The position numbers were made by a program, and so were the translations under genes. 64,000 bases of DNA. It comes from an uncultured Azospirillum sp. (GTDB lineage Bacteria > Pseudomonadota > Alphaproteobacteria > CACIAM-22H2). Within the stretch, counting starts at the first letter, position 1. The number at the start of each line of letters is the position of its first letter. The stretch is from NCBI GenBank assembly GCA_964416335.1, contig CAYQDN010000014.1:15107-79106 (forward strand). The letters are read 5' to 3'. The notes below the pieces were generated by a model. That model saw only the letters and a list, made by a program, of their open reading frames with translations. It was not told the origin of the DNA and searched no databases. Shown one piece after another: positions 59,398 to 64,000 of this stretch.

Positions 59398-60777
59398 TCA
59401 GCCGAGCTTGTCGACGATCTTCACGGCACCCTTCAGCTCGTTGGTCATCTCGTCCTCGAGGAACTCGATGGCCTTGGCCGGCGTGAGGCGCCCCGTCTCG
59501 ACGCCCTGGAGCGCCTTGAACAGGATACTGTTGTAACGCCCGAACTCGGGATGGTTCGGGATGAAGGTCGAACGCGCCAGCATCGGCGTAGCCGCCGACA
59601 GGTACCACGCGCTGGCATAGTCCGGCATGCTGCCCTGACCGTTCAGGATGGCCGTGTGAGCCGTCGTCACCGCATGCTTGGTGTTGAAGTACGGCAGCGA
59701 AGCGTAGGCCACCAGAGTCGCCGCCAGTTCGGCGTTCTTCGACTTCGGATTGACGATATAGACGATCGGGTGCGACAGGTTGGCAGGCTGGCCGCCCTTG
59801 ACTGCAGCAGGCGCATGCAGCCAGCCGATCTTCTTGAAGTAGCCCGCCGCGTCCTTGGGCCAGTTGCCGCCTTTGGCATCACCCAGCATCCATTCGCCGA
59901 CCGCCCAGACGCCCTGGTGATAGATGAATGCCTTCTCCGACTTGAACGCGCCCTGGATCTCGTCCCACGACATCGCCGTGTTGTTCTTCGGCGTCACGCC
60001 GTTGTTCGCGTTCCAGGCAAACCACTCGAGCCCCTTGCGGATCTCGGCCTTCGGCAGCAGGAGCTGGCCGGTCTTCTCGTCCACCCACTTGGCGCCGAAA
60101 GAGGCGAAGTTCATCAGATAGTCGGGTCCGGCATTCGGGCGATGGACCATGCCCATCTGGGCAGCCCCCTTGTCGACGACCTCCTTGGCGAGGTTCGACA
60201 GGTCCTGCATCGTGAACTCGCCCTTCTCGACCATCGCGGGCAGGCCATTCACGAAATCCTCGCTCTTGCCGATCTTGCGCAGCATGTCCTTGTTGTAGAA
60301 GAACATGCGGATTTCGGAATCCTGCGGGATCGCATGGACCTTGCCCTGATACTTGGTCGACTCCCACAGCACCGGAATTACATCGGCGAAGGCCCAGTCG
60401 TTCTTCTTGACGAACGCTTCGAGATTCATCGCATAGCCGGACTTGGCGAACTCCCCGACCCATTCGTGCGCGGCAACATAGACGTCCGGTCCGCGATCGA
60501 CCGCGAAAGCCTTGAGGATGTCGAGTGCGTCCGCGTCGTAGCCGGTCGCCGGCCCCTCGAACACGTCGACCTTCACGGTCTTGTCGGATCCGGCCGCCTT
60601 GAGCGCCAGATTGAGGGCTTCGGCGGCCGCCACGATATTGCCGGCGCGCAGCGGACCGGATCGATCGGCACGCGCCCAGAGCTTGACGACGACTTCTTCG
60701 GCATAGCTGGCAGCCGTCGAACCGACCAGCATCGTGCCGGCAAGCAGAACCGCGGACAGCATTCTTGACGTCTTCAT
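59398..60777 (-). CDS. ABC transporter substrate-binding protein, family 1 (UgpB-like extracellular solute-binding protein)
   Basis: A signal peptide and SBP_bac_1 profile. It is the first gene of the operon. Confidence 0.8.
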   Translation of the reverse strand: MKTSRMLSAVLLAGTMLVGSTAASYAEEVVVKLWARADRSGPLRAGNIVAAAEALNLALKAAGSDKTVKVDVFEGPATGYDADALDILKAFAVDRGPDVYVAAHEWVGEFAKSGYAMNLEAFVKKNDWAFADVIPVLWESTKYQGKVHAIPQDSEIRMFFYNKDMLRKIGKSEDFVNGLPAMVEKGEFTMQDLSNLAKEVVDKGAAQMGMVHRPNAGPDYLMNFASFGAKWVDEKTGQLLLPKAEIRKGLEWFAWNANNGVTPKNNTAMSWDEIQGAFKSEKAFIYHQGVWAVGEWMLGDAKGGNWPKDAAGYFKKIGWLHAPAAVKGGQPANLSHPIVYIVNPKSKNAELAATLVAYASLPYFNTKHAVTTAHTAILNGQGSMPDYASAWYLSAATPMLARSTFIPNHPEFGRYNSILFKALQGVETGRLTPAKAIEFLEDEMTNELKGAVKIVDKLG

Positions 60778-61073
60778 GGCGACATCTCCCTTTTTGGACC
60801 GGATGGGCCGGCCTTTTTATCGGGCCCTTGTTGACCCATTTGTTTCCGTCTCGTGAAGCTTCGGCGCACCAGCTGATGCGCATGACCGCACGGAGAATTC
60901 TTCGTAATCAAAGTGTCATATCAGGTGCACGACCTTGTCAAGGCGGTGCGGGCCTCCGTAGCTCGAAGGCCGGACGATCACGGATCTTGCTGCAGCGCGA
61001 TATCGCCGGAATCCGGACAAAAAGAAACCGCCGGCCCCTGGGAAGAGGCCGGCGGCTACAAACGCTTCGTCGA

Positions 61074-62201
61074 TTACATCTCGGCGTACTTGCCGTCCTT
61101 CCAGATGTAGAAGACGTAGTTGGGCTGCGTGAGGTCGCCCTTGGTGTCGTAGGTCAGCTTGCCGATGACTGTGTCGAAGGCCTTGCCGTGCATGTTCGCC
61201 ACGAGCGCGTTGACGCCCGTGCCGTTGGCGGCCTTGGCAGCACCCGCGAAGACCTGCACGCCGGCATACGAAAGCAGCGTGTAGCCTTCCGGATCGTAGT
61301 TCTCCTTCACGAACTGCGCGACGACCTGCTTGGCGGCCGGGGACTTCTTCGGGTCGCTGTCGAAGGTCATGATCACGCCGTCCGACGCCTTGCCCGCGAT
61401 CGACCCGAATTCGGCCGTCACGATGCCGTCGCCGGAGACGAGCTGCGCGCCGAGACCCTGTTCGCGCGCCTGGCGCACGAGAAGGGCTGCTTCGGTGTGC
61501 AGGCCGCCGAAGTAGATCGCTTCGACGCCCTGGCTCTTCATGCGCGTGATGAGCGCCGTGAAGTCCTTGTCGCCGACGGCAACACCGTCATAGAGCTTCT
61601 CGGCGAGACCCTTGGCGTTCATCGCCTTCTTGGTCTCGTCGGCGAGGCCCTGGCCATAGGTCGTCTTGTCGTGGATGACGGCGACGGCCTTGCCCTTGTA
61701 CTTGTCGGCAAGCCAGTTGCCGGCGATCGCGCCCTGCTGGTCGTCGCGGCCGCACGTGCGGAACACGTTCTTGAACTTCGCGCCGCGATCGGTCAGGCGC
61801 GGATTGGTCGACGCCGGCGTGATCTGCAGGACGCCTTCCTCGGCGTACACTTCCGAGGCCGGGATCGAGCAGGACGAGTTGAAGTGGCCGAGCACGAACG
61901 GAACCTTCTTGCCCGCGAGGCGGTTTGCCGCCGCGCGCGCCTGGTTGGGATCCGACGCGTCGTCTTCGAACACGCCGGCAAGCTTCTTGCCGAGCACGCC
62001 GCCGGCAGCGTTGATGTCGGCGATCGCCATGTTGAAGCCACGCTTCAGCTGTTCGCCGTACGCAGCGTTCGGGCCCGTGAACGGACCGGCGCAACCGATC
62101 GTGAGGTCGCCTGCCTGGGCGCGCACGATCGAGGGCGAAACGGCCACGAACACCGCCGCACCGGCGCCCGCCTTGATAAGATCTCTACGCTTCATCGACA
62201 T
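61074..62201 (-). CDS. Branched-chain amino-acid ABC transporter substrate-binding protein (LivK/LivJ family), with a Tat-like signal peptide
   Basis: The RRDLIKAG twin-arginine-type signal and Peripla_BP_6 family sequence. Confidence 0.85.
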   Translation of the reverse strand: MSMKRRDLIKAGAGAAVFVAVSPSIVRAQAGDLTIGCAGPFTGPNAAYGEQLKRGFNMAIADINAAGGVLGKKLAGVFEDDASDPNQARAAANRLAGKKVPFVLGHFNSSCSIPASEVYAEEGVLQITPASTNPRLTDRGAKFKNVFRTCGRDDQQGAIAGNWLADKYKGKAVAVIHDKTTYGQGLADETKKAMNAKGLAEKLYDGVAVGDKDFTALITRMKSQGVEAIYFGGLHTEAALLVRQAREQGLGAQLVSGDGIVTAEFGSIAGKASDGVIMTFDSDPKKSPAAKQVVAQFVKENYDPEGYTLLSYAGVQVFAGAAKAANGTGVNALVANMHGKAFDTVIGKLTYDTKGDLTQPNYVFYIWKDGKYAEM

Positions 62202-62237
62202 TTTAGCTCTCCCTGTAAGTGAAACCCCAAGTGCGCA

Positions 62238-62627
62238 TTAATGCCCGAGCCGGTCCTGGGACCCGGCGCCAGACGCGCTGGCGGGCGCATTGCGCGTCCG
62301 CCAGCTGAAAACCCCATCGGGCTCGTAGAGCCATGGATACTGCCGCGTCATCGTACGTGCCCGCGTGACCCGATATGCAACCAGTGCCAGAGCGCCGACA
62401 ATAGCAAAATCCAGCAGGAAAAGTCCGATCGCGCGAAGGCTGCCGCCGAACAGCGAATAGGACAGGAATCGGTTCGCCGCCGCAAGTAATACGGCATAGA
62501 GCAGCGAATGCCACCACGGGCGCCATGTCTGCGCCAGCGCCTGCCCCATCAGGAAGCCGGCCCCGCCAAACAGGACGAGCGTCATGAAGACGAACTCCGC
62601 CATGTCGCTGCCGGTCATGCCGAGCAT
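62238..62627 (-). CDS. Small 3-TM membrane protein of unknown function, embedded in the liv operon
   Basis: Three hydrophobic helices. A GGAG RBS precedes ATG 62627. It lies between livF and livK, on the same strand. Confidence 0.5.
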   Translation of the reverse strand: MLGMTGSDMAEFVFMTLVLFGGAGFLMGQALAQTWRPWWHSLLYAVLLAAANRFLSYSLFGGSLRAIGLFLLDFAIVGALALVAYRVTRARTMTRQYPWLYEPDGVFSWRTRNAPASASGAGSQDRLGH

Positions 62628-62640
62628 CCGCCCATCTCCA

Positions 62641-63369
62641 TCAGTGATGGCCTCCGGCCAGATACGCCTTCTGGACATCCGGATTGGCCAGCAGTTCGTT
62701 CCCTGCCCCGCTCATCCGGATCGATCCATTGACGAGTACATAGCCGCGATTGGCAAGCCGCAACGCGTGGTAGGCGTTCTGCTCGACCAGAAGGACCGTC
62801 ACGCCCTCGCCGCGGTTGATCTGCTTGATGGTCGCGAAAATCTGCGCGACGAGCAAGGGGGCAAGCCCCAGCGACGGCTCGTCGAGCAGCAAAAGTCGCG
62901 GCCGGCTCATAAGGGCACGGCCGATCGCAAGCATCTGCTGTTCGCCGCCCGACATCGTGCCGGCACGCTGGTCGCGACGCTCCGCCAGACGCGGGAACAG
63001 CCGCAGCACGCGATCGAGGTCGCTTTCGAAATTCGCCGGATCGCCGGCAAACGCGCCCATCTGCAGGTTTTCGATGACGCTCATGCGCGGGAATATCCGC
63101 CGCCCTTCGGGCGACTGCGCGATGCCGAGCCGCACCATCTCGTGCAGCGGCGTATGCGTGATGTCCTTGCCGTCGTACATGACGCGACCGGCACTGGCCC
63201 GCGGATCGCCACAGATCGTCATCAGCAGTGTTGACTTGCCGGCACCGTTTGCACCGATGAGCGCCACGATCTCGCCCGGATAGACATCGAGCGACACGCC
63301 GCGCAACGCTTCGACCGGCCCGTAGTTCGCCTTGACGTCCTGGACGGAAAGCAGCGGCTGCACGGTCAT
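62641..63369 (-). CDS. livF: Branched-chain amino-acid ABC transporter ATP-binding protein LivF
   Basis: A 242-aa protein with Walker A motif GANGAGKSTLL and signature MSGGEQQML. An ATGA overlap couples it to livG. Confidence 0.9.
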   Translation of the reverse strand: MTVQPLLSVQDVKANYGPVEALRGVSLDVYPGEIVALIGANGAGKSTLLMTICGDPRASAGRVMYDGKDITHTPLHEMVRLGIAQSPEGRRIFPRMSVIENLQMGAFAGDPANFESDLDRVLRLFPRLAERRDQRAGTMSGGEQQMLAIGRALMSRPRLLLLDEPSLGLAPLLVAQIFATIKQINRGEGVTVLLVEQNAYHALRLANRGYVLVNGSIRMSGAGNELLANPDVQKAYLAGGHH

Positions 63370-64000
63370 TGCGATGCGACCTCGTCTTCGGCCGCCCCCA
63401 GATAGGCACGGATGACTTCCGGATCGTCGCGCACCTTGTCGGGCGTCCCTTCGGCGATTTTGCGCCCGTGATCGAGAACGACAATGCGGTCGGAGATTTC
63501 CATCACGACGCTCATGTCGTGCTCGATCAGCAGGATCGCGATCTTGTCTTCGTCGCGGATGCGCCGGACCAGCGTGGCAAGTGCCGCCGATTCCGCAGGA
63601 TTGAGCCCGGCAGCCGGTTCGTCGAGGCACAGCAGGCGCGGCCCCGTACACATGGCGCGCGCGATCTCGAGGCGGCGCTGTGCGCCGTAGGGCAGGCTTC
63701 CGGCATCGTCGTTCGCCAGATGGATCATGCCGATCCGGTCCAGCCACAGGCGTGCGCGTTCGATCGCCGCACGTTCGGCATTGCGATATCGGGCAAGCCC
63801 GAGAAGACCCGCGATCGAGAAAGCGGATGCGCCCTGCAGCACATTGTGTTGCGCCACGAGCAGATTCTCAAGCACCGACATCTTCGGAAACAGTCGGATG
63901 TTCTGGAACGTGCGCGCAACGCCTGCGTACTTGGCGATCCGAAAGCCTTCCATGCGCTCGAGCAGCCATTCGTGGCCGTCCTTGGCCAATCGCATGCGGC
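63366..64000 (-). CDS. livG: Branched-chain amino-acid ABC transporter ATP-binding protein LivG, partial. The N-terminus is beyond the window end.
   Basis: A LivG-type C-terminal extension and signature. The ORF runs to the window edge. Confidence 0.85.
   Translation of the reverse strand, partial: RMRLAKDGHEWLLERMEGFRIAKYAGVARTFQNIRLFPKMSVLENLLVAQHNVLQGASAFSIAGLLGLARYRNAERAAIERARLWLDRIGMIHLANDDAGSLPYGAQRRLEIARAMCTGPRLLCLDEPAAGLNPAESAALATLVRRIRDEDKIAILLIEHDMSVVMEISDRIVVLDHGRKIAEGTPDKVRDDPEVIRAYLGAAEDEVASQ

Overview
This is a high-GC alphaproteobacterial chromosomal segment, about two-thirds G+C by eye (not computed). It is densely packed with nitrogen- and phosphorus-scavenging genes. Features from left to right:

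- The tail of a Liv-type branched-chain amino-acid ABC transporter (permease fragment, livG, livF).
- A roughly 1.9 kb sharply AT-rich island (about 2425-4310) that carries only two genes: a DUF262/ParB-like (GmrSD N-terminal type) protein and a downstream protein with a canonical HEPN RNxxxH motif. This is the most unusual content in the window and a candidate uncharacterised two-gene defence or toxin module. It has no integrase, tRNA or obvious flanking repeats.
- An enoyl-CoA hydratase gene.
- A Sel1-repeat protein gene with an EamA transporter gene.
- Purine-catabolism genes: hiuH and a PuuD-like DUF989 membrane protein lacking a CxxCH haem site.
- An orphan NitT/TauT-type ABC ATPase.
- An orphan soluble histidine kinase.
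- A LysR regulator divergent from a carboxymuconolactone-decarboxylase/PPOX-like pair.
- A complete urease operon (ureDABCEFG) fused downstream to an AllC-like M20 amidohydrolase.
- A short-chain dehydrogenase (SDR).
- A bactofilin gene overlapping an M23 (LmdC-like) peptidase gene.
- A Pot-like polyamine-type ABC transporter.
- Allophanate hydrolase (atzF) translationally coupled to an amidase-signature amidase and the PuuE-type allantoinase.
- MarC.
- An acyl-CoA ligase/dehydrogenase/hydrolase operon.
- A marR-GGT-NUDIX-PPOX operon.
- An MFS transporter.
- A second amidase-signature amidase.
- An MlrC-like M81 peptidase with a complete Dpp-type ABC transporter.
- A hotdog thioesterase.
- A third amidase-signature amidase.
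- A large Pho-regulon block: phoB-phoU-pstBACS plus a Ugp-like glycerophosphodiester uptake and hydrolysis operon with two GDPD genes and an endonuclease/exonuclease/phosphatase (EEP) family phosphoesterase.
- A second Liv system (livK, a small 3-TM membrane protein, livF, and a partial livG).

No rRNA, tRNA, CRISPR array, transposase or integrase was recognised. Many long ORFs in the six-frame track are antisense or out-of-frame artefacts typical of high-GC DNA. Gene boundaries follow the ORF track. One sequence line (5881) appears one character short, so coordinates near it may be off by 1.
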